Below, piece after piece: positions 44,624 through 53,400 of a stretch of DNA of 59,702 bases. Positions within the stretch are counted from its first letter, which is position 1, and each line of letters opens with the position of its first letter. The DNA comes from an uncultured Alphaproteobacteria bacterium (lineage in GTDB: Bacteria; Pseudomonadota; Alphaproteobacteria; JAJFIK01). The notes beneath the pieces are model-generated. The model had not been told where the DNA came from, did no database searches, and saw only the letters and a list, made by a program, of their open reading frames with translations. The DNA lies in assembly GCA_964531285.1 (NCBI GenBank), contig CAZHDI010000010.1:1-59702 (forward strand), written 5' to 3'. The translations under genes were made by a program, and so were the position numbers.

Positions 44624-44953
44624 ATGGCTCCCATCATCAGACTGCTCCTCGTTGGTTTTGCCGCCGTTTCCATCTCGGCTTGCGCCACCGCTCACGGCGA
44701 CGTCCCCAGCGACATCAGCCAATACGATCAGCCGCTGGGCGATGGTTACGGGGAGACCCGCTTTGTGGTCTCGCGTGATTTCAAACTGCGGACCTCGCCG
44801 AATGTGAATGCCCGCGTGATGGACCGGATCCCGGAATCGACCCGGCTGACCGCACGGGTCACACAGGTGGACGATGTCTGGTACCACATCGACATCACCG
44901 GCGGTCCCGATGGCTATATGTTCGGCTTGCCGCTTCAACACGATCCGTATTGA
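44624..44953 (+). CDS. small lipoprotein with bacterial SH3-like domain
   Basis: Lipobox ISAC. C-terminal LRTSPNVNARVMDRIPESTRLTARVTQVDDVWYHI resembles SH3b. ATG at 44624 is preceded by AAGGAG. Confidence 0.65.
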   Translation: MAPIIRLLLVGFAAVSISACATAHGDVPSDISQYDQPLGDGYGETRFVVSRDFKLRTSPNVNARVMDRIPESTRLTARVTQVDDVWYHIDITGGPDGYMFGLPLQHDPY

Positions 44954-45036
44954 TGCGCAAGGCCGGATCTTAGGGCGTTGACAAACCGAGCGTTTTAGCA
45001 AGATAGCCGAAGAAGCACGAAAACCCATCAGTACCC

Positions 45037-45146
45037 GTCATGCCCGCGGACGCGGGCATCCAGCACCGCACGGCACTCACTCCAAGCGGAGACCTGAAAC
45101 CGTCGCCCCTGGATGCCGGATCTGCGCTGCGCTTGTCCGGCATGAC
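45037..45146. repeat. MITE/REP-like intergenic element made of two hairpin modules
   Basis: GTCATGCCCGCG-ga-CGCGGGCATCCAG (45037-45063) and CTGGATGCCGGA...TCCGGCATGAC (45109-45146). The ends are mutually inverted. Resembles the widespread GTCAT[TG]CCCGCG...GGGA/CATCCAG alphaproteobacterial repeat family. Confidence 0.6.
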
Positions 45147-45181
45147 GACCTCTGGAGAAAATGACGTTCTCATCAGTCTGA

Positions 45182-45207
45182 GACCCGGCCCAGCCGGGTC
45201 TTTTTTT
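45182..45207 (+). terminator. Rho-independent terminator
   Basis: GACCCGGC-cca-GCCGGGTC followed by TTTTTTT. Confidence 0.8.
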
Positions 45208-45291
45208 ATGGCGTTTGAGCCGTACCGGGAAAATTTGGGCCTGATCCGTCCATACGCCGTTACAGCGGATCCATTTGAAGGGAACAGGGCG

Positions 45292-46257
45292 ATGATGAAC
45301 GGGATTTGGGTGCGGTGCGGCGTTTTCGCCGTTGGCTTTGCCGGCCTGACACTGCTGGCGATGGCGACGGCCATGGCGTCGCACGGGCCGCGCGTCGAAG
45401 TGCAATACAAGAAAACGGATATCAAGGAGATGGTCCGGGCCGAGGCGATGCGTCAGGGCACCGTTCCGATCGCGCTCGCGCTCGGCGTGGCCCGGGTGGA
45501 ATCCAATTTCAATGCCAACGCGCTGAGCTCAGCCGGCGCCCGCGGGGTGATGCAGATCATGCCGCGGACCGCGCGCACCGAATTCGGGGTCGATCCGGAC
45601 GATCTTTGGGACCCGGCGTTGAATATCCGCCTGGGGATCAGATTTCTGTCCCGCCTCTATGCCATCTACGGCAACCGGTGGGACGCGGCCCTGTCGCATT
45701 ACAATGGCGGAACCCTGGACGGCGATCCCTTGACCGCGCCGCCCCATGGCTACACCCGGGGGTATGTCGCGTCCGTGCTCAAATGGGCCGACCGCTATGA
45801 GGCCGAAACCGGCGTCGCGCTCGCGGGCGGTGAGCGCTACAGCGATCCGGCGCCCGTGACCGCCACGTCCGATGCCGCGCTTGCCGCGCGGTTCCGGGCC
45901 CGGCTTGATGCGCAAAACGGCAGCGCGCCGCAGCCCGTGTCCGAAACACAGGCGCCGGAGCCCCACGTAATCGACGTCGGCTCCGCGGTGACCGCTGCCG
46001 GTGTTGCGCCGGTCTGGGCATACCGGTCGACTGAACCGCGGATGACCCTCAATGCGGGCCCGGCGGCGGCGCAGCCCGCCTATCGGACGGCGCAAGTGGC
46101 GCCGCAGAACGCACAGGATTGGCGCGCGGCGCAGCCGGTCTCTGCCGCCGCCGTCTATCCCAATGACCCGGGGTCGTCCTTCGATCGGGTCGTGCGCCGC
46201 GACATGGGTGAATTGCGCGCCCGTTTCCGGGGCGCTATTCGTAGGGATCGCAACTGA
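45292..46257 (+). CDS. lytic transglycosylase (SLT domain) with Ala/Pro-rich C-terminal tail
   Basis: Signal anchor. ALGVARVESNFNANALSSAGARGVMQIMPRTA with the catalytic Glu. The track ORF N-terminus (45040-45291) is a translation of the repeat element. Confidence 0.85.
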   Translation: MMNGIWVRCGVFAVGFAGLTLLAMATAMASHGPRVEVQYKKTDIKEMVRAEAMRQGTVPIALALGVARVESNFNANALSSAGARGVMQIMPRTARTEFGVDPDDLWDPALNIRLGIRFLSRLYAIYGNRWDAALSHYNGGTLDGDPLTAPPHGYTRGYVASVLKWADRYEAETGVALAGGERYSDPAPVTATSDAALAARFRARLDAQNGSAPQPVSETQAPEPHVIDVGSAVTAAGVAPVWAYRSTEPRMTLNAGPAAAQPAYRTAQVAPQNAQDWRAAQPVSAAAVYPNDPGSSFDRVVRRDMGELRARFRGAIRRDRN

Positions 46258-46305
46258 GTGGAGACGGCGCGGCGGCGCTTTGGGCTGCGCGGGGGGCAGC
46301 AGGAC

Positions 46306-48000
46306 ATGGCGGACACGAGACCCGGAGTGCGCAAGCTTGTCGTGCTGTCCTTTCCGAAGGGCGAATTGCTCGATGCCCTGAAGCATCTGGAGATCGCCAG
46401 GACCCATCCCGGCGATGCGCCGCTGGTCTTCAAGCCCAAGACCATCCTGCGGATCACCCAGTTGCTGGTCGGCGGACCGGTGGATTTCGGGGTCTTGCGT
46501 CTGTGCCACTTTCTTGTGGCGGTGGCGGCCACCGATGAGGATCTGGGCAGCTTCCCCATGATGTTCCGGGGATCGCCGCGCGATGCGCGGGCGATCTTCA
46601 CCCGCGAGGCCCTGCAGCCCGTGATGGGTGCCCGCGTCAGTGCCTCCAAAGCGGGCATTGAACTGTCTTATCCAGACGGCGATTTTACCATCGATTACAG
46701 CGCCGTGCCGGAACTGCTGGCTCTGGCCGAGGTGCTGGCCAACGGCCTCGGCTATCACACGATCGGCGGGCTGATCGACGCGGTGCATGAGAGCCCGGTG
46801 TCGATGCAGCGGGTGAAAGACATCGCTCAATCGGTGATGCCGGAGTTCCGCACCTGGATCGAGCGCAATATGGCGGTGTCGCGCCAGAGCCGTCAAAAGT
46901 TCAAGAAGATGATCGATTTTCTGGAACGGTTCCGAGGTGCCGATTTCAGTACGGACGATATCGACGATGAAGCCGTTCTTGAGCTGTGGAAAGAGCATGC
47001 CGGCTCGGACGACGATTTCAAATTGTTCGGTACCGCGCTCGACAGTCTTCTGTTTCTCATCCGGCAGGCCCATGAGGGCCAGCGGCGCCTTGAGGAAGAT
47101 CGAATGGGCGGCCTCGATTTCGCTTACGAGGATGGCCGCTACACGATTGATCCGGGCTATGATCCTGAAGCCGACGATTTCGATACGTTCGCATCGTGGT
47201 TTGTCTTTATCAACGGGTCCGATGACGACGATGCGGATTTCGTCGCGCCGTTGAAAGATGCTGGCAATATTCTGTTCGCCAAGCAATGGGCCTGGCTGGA
47301 CCCTTATTGGCCCGCGCCGGACGGTCCGCATCTGATGCGCTCTCGCCTGCGGGCCGACGCCTTCGGAGCGCTTCAGCGGCGAATCGTTCAGGCACTGCGC
47401 CGCAATGCCAGCCGTACAGAGATCTGCGGGCTGATCGGCGTGGCGCCGGAGGAAACATATGATGTGATCGCCGGCCGGGCGGAAAAGGCGCATTCGGATA
47501 TTTGGACCGCGGCCCACGCGATCCTCCATGTCCTGATCGCGAGCGAACATGAAAATGCGCTGCATCTTCTGTACACGCTGCGTCAGCGGGATGTCGATCT
47601 GCGCAGTTTTGTCCAGACACTCGTTCTCGAAGATCTGGTCGACACCGAGGCCCTGGCCCGGGACGGGCTCGACGCGCTGGCCGATGCCTTTTTCGAGGCC
47701 CTGCGGCGCGGAGATATCACGCCCGATGACGTAGCGACGGTCGTGCGTCAGTCGGAGGGCTTCTGGCGTAAGCTTAAAGATCGGGCTGGTTTCAAGCCCG
47801 CCGAGATTGAAGACCCCGTCCGTGTGGAAAGCTTTGCCGAGGTGACGGGCGATTTGACGAAGGCCGTGACCCGGATCGGATCCGTGCGCACCATGATCGA
47901 TCGCGCGTGCCCGGCGGGGGAGCGGGAAAATCTGTTCAAATCCGACTATCAGAGTTTTGCGGGGCTGTTCCTGCGTCTCTATGTGGACGGTATTGAGTAG
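46306..48000 (+). CDS. hypothetical cytoplasmic protein (~565 aa, acidic, no recognisable motifs)
   Basis: Protein-like composition versus an Arg-rich 678-aa antisense ORF. An alternative GTG start at 46258 abuts the SLT stop. No Walker A motif seen. Confidence 0.65.
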   Translation: MADTRPGVRKLVVLSFPKGELLDALKHLEIARTHPGDAPLVFKPKTILRITQLLVGGPVDFGVLRLCHFLVAVAATDEDLGSFPMMFRGSPRDARAIFTREALQPVMGARVSASKAGIELSYPDGDFTIDYSAVPELLALAEVLANGLGYHTIGGLIDAVHESPVSMQRVKDIAQSVMPEFRTWIERNMAVSRQSRQKFKKMIDFLERFRGADFSTDDIDDEAVLELWKEHAGSDDDFKLFGTALDSLLFLIRQAHEGQRRLEEDRMGGLDFAYEDGRYTIDPGYDPEADDFDTFASWFVFINGSDDDDADFVAPLKDAGNILFAKQWAWLDPYWPAPDGPHLMRSRLRADAFGALQRRIVQALRRNASRTEICGLIGVAPEETYDVIAGRAEKAHSDIWTAAHAILHVLIASEHENALHLLYTLRQRDVDLRSFVQTLVLEDLVDTEALARDGLDALADAFFEALRRGDITPDDVATVVRQSEGFWRKLKDRAGFKPAEIEDPVRVESFAEVTGDLTKAVTRIGSVRTMIDRACPAGERENLFKSDYQSFAGLFLRLYVDGIE

Positions 48001-48015
48001 ACTGGAGGCATTGAC

Positions 48016-48576
48016 ATGGCGGTTACGTGGAGCAAGTTGCCCCCCCGCACGAGAACCGAGATCGAACAGGCATTCGGTGTTATGGACACCGCGAAGACCC
48101 TACTGGACGAGGTGAGCGCGATGGATGCGCCGTCGCGTCCGGGTATTCGCGATCTCTATCACTTTATGCTCCGCCCGCAGAGCGATGTGTCGGGCCGGGT
48201 CCAGCGTGCGCTGCGCGACGATCCGCGGGTGCAGCGGGATTTCGACAGCCTTCTGGAGCGCAATGGCGCCTTTGCGTTTCCGCAAGCCGCGGCGGCCAGT
48301 TCGACCCAGATCGAGGAACGCACCGACGTGGAAGGGTTGGCGCGGCTTCGGCTCCTGCCGTCGGATTCTCTGCCCGACGAGGCCTATCTGCTGATCGACC
48401 TCGATCCGTCGAACGGGCTGGAGCCGAAATGCCTCTATGTGAGCGGGACCGATGTCGGCTACATTGCGATACCGCTTGCGCCGCCGGAAAATGATACGAT
48501 CAGCATGATCCTGTCGTCGTCCAGCGACGAGGCGCGCGCGCTGTGGGACCCCAAGGCGAAGGTCCATCTGAAATAG
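48016..48576 (+). CDS. hypothetical protein (186 aa)
   Basis: RBS GGAGG. 15 nt after the upstream stop. Protein-like composition. Confidence 0.6.
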   Translation: MAVTWSKLPPRTRTEIEQAFGVMDTAKTLLDEVSAMDAPSRPGIRDLYHFMLRPQSDVSGRVQRALRDDPRVQRDFDSLLERNGAFAFPQAAAASSTQIEERTDVEGLARLRLLPSDSLPDEAYLLIDLDPSNGLEPKCLYVSGTDVGYIAIPLAPPENDTISMILSSSSDEARALWDPKAKVHLK

Positions 48577-48588
48577 ACGGTCGAGGCC

Positions 48589-49977
48589 ATGACGGATATT
48601 GCGGTCTATATTCCGACAACGAACGGGGCGAGCCAGGTCTTGAGTCTGACCAAGATCGGGCTCGATGGGTCGGACCGTGATTATCCGTCAATGATCGGCG
48701 TCAATCACACGACCCGGTCGATTTCCGGTTTACGGATTCGCTATGACGAGTTCGTCCGCGAGCCGACGGGCGTTATCGAGCGGCATACCGATCACCGGTC
48801 GTACCGGGTCGATGTGTCGGGCGATATCAGCCATGGCGACAGCTGGCAGCTCGGCTTGTTCATTGCTCATGCCCTGGCCGAAAGCGGTGCGGTCGGTCTT
48901 CAAGGCGATCGCGGGGAAAGTCTGACTCTCAAAGGCGGTCTTCACACCCGGTCCCAGAAGGCATCGGAAACCGCGCAGCAGGGCGAGGCCGGGATCGTCG
49001 TCTGGGCGACCGGGATCGTAACCTCCGGCCTTCATGTGCGCAGCGTCGGAGAAATCCTCTGTAAACTCGATCAGTCAGCGGATTTGTTTGAGGTAGCGCG
49101 TAAAGCAGGCGCCCGTGTTGTGTTTGCTCTGCCGGCGGAAAATCGTACGCCGGAGCTAGAAGCTTATTTCAAGACCCTGTCCGGTCATTTCTCAGAGTGC
49201 GATGTGGTTTTTGTCGATGACGTTGTTTTTGGCGAGCCTGCCGGTGGTGCGCAAACCGCGGTGACGGCGATGCCGTCCGCGGCATCTCCGGGCGCGCGCC
49301 CCGCCGCTGGTACGTCAGGTTTACCGATCAAAGCTGGCGCCATGGTGGCTGCAGGCGTTGCCGGGGCCGCGGTTCTGGCTTATGCGCTTTCGGGGCCGGA
49401 TGAAACAACGATGCCGGCCGCTGACGATCAGGCGGCGGCGGCATTCACGTCATCTGACCCTGTGCCGGAGCCCGCCGGCGGTTGGTCCCCGGCTCAAGCC
49501 GGCCGTTTGATCACCCATGTGGATGTGGATTTGCGGTTTCGCGATGATGTCTCCTTAAGCCTGCCGTGGGCCGGGGCGCCGTCGGCCGTCCTGCCGAGGG
49601 ATGCCGGGCGGATCGTGACCCATCGGGCGGGTGTCGATGTTGTGCTGGAAAATCCGAGTACGGAGCGCCTGGATGTTGCCTATGCGATCATTGACCAGCA
49701 ATCGGGGCTTTTGGCGTCCGGCCATGGTCAAGTTCAGCCGGTTGGCCGCTGGTCCGTGCCTTTGGAGGGCGACATAGGCGATCTTGAGGAGCGGGCTGTT
49801 TGGCTCTTTGCGGCGCCTCACCTGGCCGTGGATTTTTCCGAGGTCTTGGGAGGCGGTCTGTCGGACGGGACGGTTCGCGATATCCGGCAGTGGGCGGAGG
49901 ATCGCAATGTGGCGAGCTTCCGACTCGGCCGCAACACGCTGGCTGGCGATGTTCCGGCGACATCGTATACACCTTGA
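48589..49977 (+). CDS. bitopic membrane protein with N-terminal Lon-protease-like (S16-like) domain
   Basis: VDVSGDISHGDSWQLGLFIAHALA and VVWATGIVTSGLHVRSVGEILCKL...ARKAGARVVFALPAEN parallel the Lon GPSAG...MTGEI..G.V..IGG..EK...A...G...V.IP..N pattern. One TM helix (AGAMVAAGVAGAAVLAYAL). Confidence 0.55.
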   Translation: MTDIAVYIPTTNGASQVLSLTKIGLDGSDRDYPSMIGVNHTTRSISGLRIRYDEFVREPTGVIERHTDHRSYRVDVSGDISHGDSWQLGLFIAHALAESGAVGLQGDRGESLTLKGGLHTRSQKASETAQQGEAGIVVWATGIVTSGLHVRSVGEILCKLDQSADLFEVARKAGARVVFALPAENRTPELEAYFKTLSGHFSECDVVFVDDVVFGEPAGGAQTAVTAMPSAASPGARPAAGTSGLPIKAGAMVAAGVAGAAVLAYALSGPDETTMPAADDQAAAAFTSSDPVPEPAGGWSPAQAGRLITHVDVDLRFRDDVSLSLPWAGAPSAVLPRDAGRIVTHRAGVDVVLENPSTERLDVAYAIIDQQSGLLASGHGQVQPVGRWSVPLEGDIGDLEERAVWLFAAPHLAVDFSEVLGGGLSDGTVRDIRQWAEDRNVASFRLGRNTLAGDVPATSYTP

Positions 49978-49992
49978 CGGGGAGGACATGAG

Positions 49993-50535
49993 ATGAGCCT
50001 GCATCGGATCACATTACGCGCTAGGGGCGGCACTCTTGCCGCGGCCGTCGCGGTGCTGGTTGTTGCCGCGCCGGCGGGTGCAACAACAAGCGAGCGCTAT
50101 GACCGGGAGGGTTACATCTCGGCGTTGACGCCCATTACCGGCGACGAGACGCCGGCGAAGGTCGATCTCTATCTGACCTTCGCGTTCGGGTCTGCCGCAC
50201 TCACCGGCGACGCCCGGAACCAGCTTGACGTGCTGGCCGAGGCGATCCTGTCGGACGGCTTGCAGAGGGCGCGCTTCGGTCTCTACGGGCATACCGATGC
50301 CGTCGGTTCGGCGGCTTATAACGAGGATCTCTCAGCCCGCCGCGCCCGCGCCGTGCGGGATTATCTTGTTGGCCAAGGGGTCACGCCAGACCGGCTCGAT
50401 AGCCGTGGTTTCGGGGAAACCCGGCCGAAAAATCTGCTGGACCCTGAAGCCGCCGAGAACCGCCGGGTCGAGGTTGTCAATCTGACACCGCCGCCGGCGC
50501 CCGCCGGGTCTATGACGCCCATTACCGGCGATTGA
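49993..50535 (+). CDS. OmpA/MotB-family peptidoglycan-binding protein
   Basis: Signal peptide. FAFGSAALT ... GHTDAVGSAAYNEDLSARRARAV ... NRRVEV. Confidence 0.9.
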   Translation: MSLHRITLRARGGTLAAAVAVLVVAAPAGATTSERYDREGYISALTPITGDETPAKVDLYLTFAFGSAALTGDARNQLDVLAEAILSDGLQRARFGLYGHTDAVGSAAYNEDLSARRARAVRDYLVGQGVTPDRLDSRGFGETRPKNLLDPEAAENRRVEVVNLTPPPAPAGSMTPITGD

Positions 50536-50716
50536 ACGAAGCCCCTCGGGCCCCCGTTCATCGGCCCGCCTCCTCCCGCTGTCCCCCGATAGTGCGCGAC
50601 CCATTCTCATTCGCGACAGGTTTCAAGTGTGATGAGCCGATAGTTGAGTGGCGCCGGAACCCGGCGTAGCATCACGCGGAGAGATATCACCGACGATCCC
50701 TTGAGGAGGGGCTGGA

Positions 50717-51169
50717 ATGACCAAGCTGAATGTCAATGGCCAGGCCATGGAGGTCGAGGCTGACGAAAACACGCCGTTGCTCTGGGTCCTCAGGGAACAG
50801 TTGGGCCTCACCGGAACGAAATATGGCTGCGGCATCGCACAATGCGGTGCCTGTACCGTTCATGTCGACGGAATGGCCGTCCGCGCCTGTGTTTATCCGC
50901 TGGCCGCGGTCGCCGAGGGCAGCCAAATCACGACTATCGAAGGATTGTCCGAAGACGGCAGCCATCCGGTACAGGAAGCGTGGGCGGAACTCGACATTCC
51001 ACAATGCGGCTATTGCCAGCCCGGTATGATCATGGCGGTGTCCGCTCTGCTTGCGGAAAATCCGAATGCGACCGATGACGATATCGACGCGCAGATTACC
51101 AATATCTGCCGCTGCGGGACCCTGGCTCGGGTCCGCAAGGGCATCCATTTGGCAAAAACCAAGATTTGA
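50717..51169 (+). CDS. (2Fe-2S)-binding small subunit of a xanthine-oxidase-family molybdo-hydroxylase (IorA-like)
   Basis: [16 protein letters not shown] and CGYCQPG cluster motifs. 150 aa. Confidence 0.9.
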   Translation: MTKLNVNGQAMEVEADENTPLLWVLREQLGLTGTKYGCGIAQCGACTVHVDGMAVRACVYPLAAVAEGSQITTIEGLSEDGSHPVQEAWAELDIPQCGYCQPGMIMAVSALLAENPNATDDDIDAQITNICRCGTLARVRKGIHLAKTKI

Positions 51170-51183
51170 GGCGGAGAGAACCT

Positions 51184-53400
51184 ATGGTCGATACACAGTC
51201 GATTTCCCGGCGCCGCTTCATGATCAGTGCCGGTGCGGCAGGCGCGGGCCTGACGATCACCCTTATGGGCGGATGCTCCGAAGCGCAGGACGGACCGGTT
51301 GAGACGGCCTCAGCACCGGAAGTGCCCGCGGGCCCGGCGCCGGAAGTCAATGCCTGGGTCCATATCGGAACGGACGATACGGTCACGATACGGATCGCCC
51401 GTTCGGAGATGGGGCAGGGCACGCTGACCGGTCTGGCCCAACTCGTCGCCGAAGAGCTTCAGTGCGATTGGGACAAGGTGGTCACCGAATATCCGACGCC
51501 GGGGCAAAATCTCGCTCGGGAGCGCGTGTGGGGCAGTTTCTCCACCGGCGGGAGCCGCGGCATCCGCGACAGCCATCAATATGTCCGCGAAGGCGGTGCT
51601 GCCGCGCGCATGATGCTGATCGAAGCAGCAGCGGCTGAATGGGATGTTCCGGCAACGGAGTGCTCAGCCAAGGACAGCATCATCACCCATGGGCCGTCCG
51701 GCCGCACAACGACCTATGGTGCGGTGGCCACGGCGGCGGCCTCCCTGGCTCCGCCGATTGAAATCACGCTCAAGGATCCGTCGGAATGGACCATCGCCGG
51801 TCAGCCGAAGGCGCGTCTCGACACGGCGGATAAGCTCACCGGCAAGCAGATCTATGGCGCGGATTTGACCCTACCGGGCATGCTGAATGCCAGCATCCGG
51901 CAGGCGCCAATGATCGGCGGCACCCTGGCGTCCTATGACGAAGCCGCCGTCCTGTCGATGCCGGGTGTCAAGAAAGTCGTTCCGGTCGGCGATAACGCGG
52001 TGGCCGTCGTGGCCGACACCTGGTGGCAGGCCAACACGGCACTCGATGCGCTGCCGATGGACTGGACGCCGGGCGAAGGATCGGATTATTCGAGTGCGGC
52101 CTTCGATGCTGAACTGGATGATGGTCTGACCGCTGACGAAACTTTCGTCGGCAACGCGATCGGTGATGTAAAGGCGGCCCTTGAAGGGTCGGCGCAGGTC
52201 GTTGAAGCGACCTATAATATGGCTCATCAGAACCACGCCTGCATGGAGCCGATGAATGCCACTGCGGTGTGGACGGAAGACAAGTGTGAGGTCTGGTGCC
52301 CCACGCAGAACGGTGAGGGGGCACTGGCGGCTGTCGCCGATGCGGCCGGTCTCGATATCCAGAACTGCGATGTGCACAAGATTCACCTGGGCGGCGGTTT
52401 CGGACGCCGGGGCATGAACGATTACGTCGCTCAGGCGGTGGAGATTGCCAAAGCCATGCCCGGCACGCCGGTCAAGCTTCTGTGGACCCGTGAAGAAGAC
52501 ATGGTGCACGGATTTGTGCACCCGACCACCAAGGCGCGCATGACCGGCGGTCTTGATGCGGAGGGTAATCCCACCGGGCTGCATCTTCGGATCTCGGGAC
52601 AATCCATCCTCGCCGCGTTGATGCCGCAGGCGCTGAACGATGGTATGGACTTCGCCACCTTTCAGGGCCTTCTGCCGTCCGGTGTCGATCCGCGGGTGGA
52701 AGATCAGACTCTGAAGCATACGTTCCCGACACTGCTGGTCGATCACGCCATGCGCAATCCTCCGGTTCGGCCGGGGTTCTGGCGCGGCGTCAATGCCAAT
52801 CAGAATGCCATCTATCTGGAATGTTTCGTCGATGAAATGGCCCATGCGGCGGGACGGGACCCGCTGGAGTTCCGGCTGTCGTTGATGGGCGATGCGCCGC
52901 AACTGGCCGCAGTGTTGCAGGCGGTCGCGGACAAGTCCGGTTGGGGCGCGGATGATGGCAAGGCGCGGGGTCTGTGTGCGTTCTATTCCTTCGGGGCTTA
53001 CACCGCCGCCTGTGCGGAAGTGACGGTCGATGACAATGGCCACTTGAAGATGGACCGCATCGTCGCGGCTACGGACCCGGGGATGGCCGTCAACCCGCAA
53101 CAGATCGAGGCGCAGGTCGAAGGGTCCTTCGTGTACGGATTGTCGGCGATGCTGTTCGGCGAGATCACGGTTGAGAATGGTGAGGTTCAGCAGCGCAATT
53201 TCGACACGTTCGACTCGCTGCGTCTGGCGGACATGCCGGAAGTCGAGACCATCGTCATGCCGTCGGGCGGCTTCTGGGGCGGGGTTGGTGAGCCGACCAT
53301 CGCCGTGGCGGCACCGGCCGTGCTCAATGCGATCTTTGCCGCGACCGGCAAGCGCATCCGGCAATTGCCGATCAAGGATCAGGATTTGCGACCGGCATGA
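51184..53400 (+). CDS. molybdopterin-binding large subunit (IorB / membrane-bound aldehyde dehydrogenase-like), Tat-exported
   Basis: Twin-arginine signal SRRRFMISAGAAGAGL. Sequence resembles xanthine dehydrogenase family MoCo subunits. ATG at 51184 is preceded by GGAGAG. Confidence 0.85.
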   Translation: MVDTQSISRRRFMISAGAAGAGLTITLMGGCSEAQDGPVETASAPEVPAGPAPEVNAWVHIGTDDTVTIRIARSEMGQGTLTGLAQLVAEELQCDWDKVVTEYPTPGQNLARERVWGSFSTGGSRGIRDSHQYVREGGAAARMMLIEAAAAEWDVPATECSAKDSIITHGPSGRTTTYGAVATAAASLAPPIEITLKDPSEWTIAGQPKARLDTADKLTGKQIYGADLTLPGMLNASIRQAPMIGGTLASYDEAAVLSMPGVKKVVPVGDNAVAVVADTWWQANTALDALPMDWTPGEGSDYSSAAFDAELDDGLTADETFVGNAIGDVKAALEGSAQVVEATYNMAHQNHACMEPMNATAVWTEDKCEVWCPTQNGEGALAAVADAAGLDIQNCDVHKIHLGGGFGRRGMNDYVAQAVEIAKAMPGTPVKLLWTREEDMVHGFVHPTTKARMTGGLDAEGNPTGLHLRISGQSILAALMPQALNDGMDFATFQGLLPSGVDPRVEDQTLKHTFPTLLVDHAMRNPPVRPGFWRGVNANQNAIYLECFVDEMAHAAGRDPLEFRLSLMGDAPQLAAVLQAVADKSGWGADDGKARGLCAFYSFGAYTAACAEVTVDDNGHLKMDRIVAATDPGMAVNPQQIEAQVEGSFVYGLSAMLFGEITVENGEVQQRNFDTFDSLRLADMPEVETIVMPSGGFWGGVGEPTIAVAAPAVLNAIFAATGKRIRQLPIKDQDLRPA

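Noticed and set aside
45040-45291. N-terminal 84 residues of the track ORF 45040-46257.
   Set aside because: This stretch is a translation of the MITE-like repeat and of the terminator hairpin. The real SLT gene starts at the ATG at 45292, in front of a hydrophobic signal anchor.
45529-47565. 678-aa minus-strand ORF, the longest ORF in this region.
   Set aside because: It is extremely Arg/Gly/Pro-rich with no motifs, and it is antisense to two plus-strand genes (the SLT and the 565-aa protein) that have normal composition and RBSs. This is a typical GC-rich antisense artefact.
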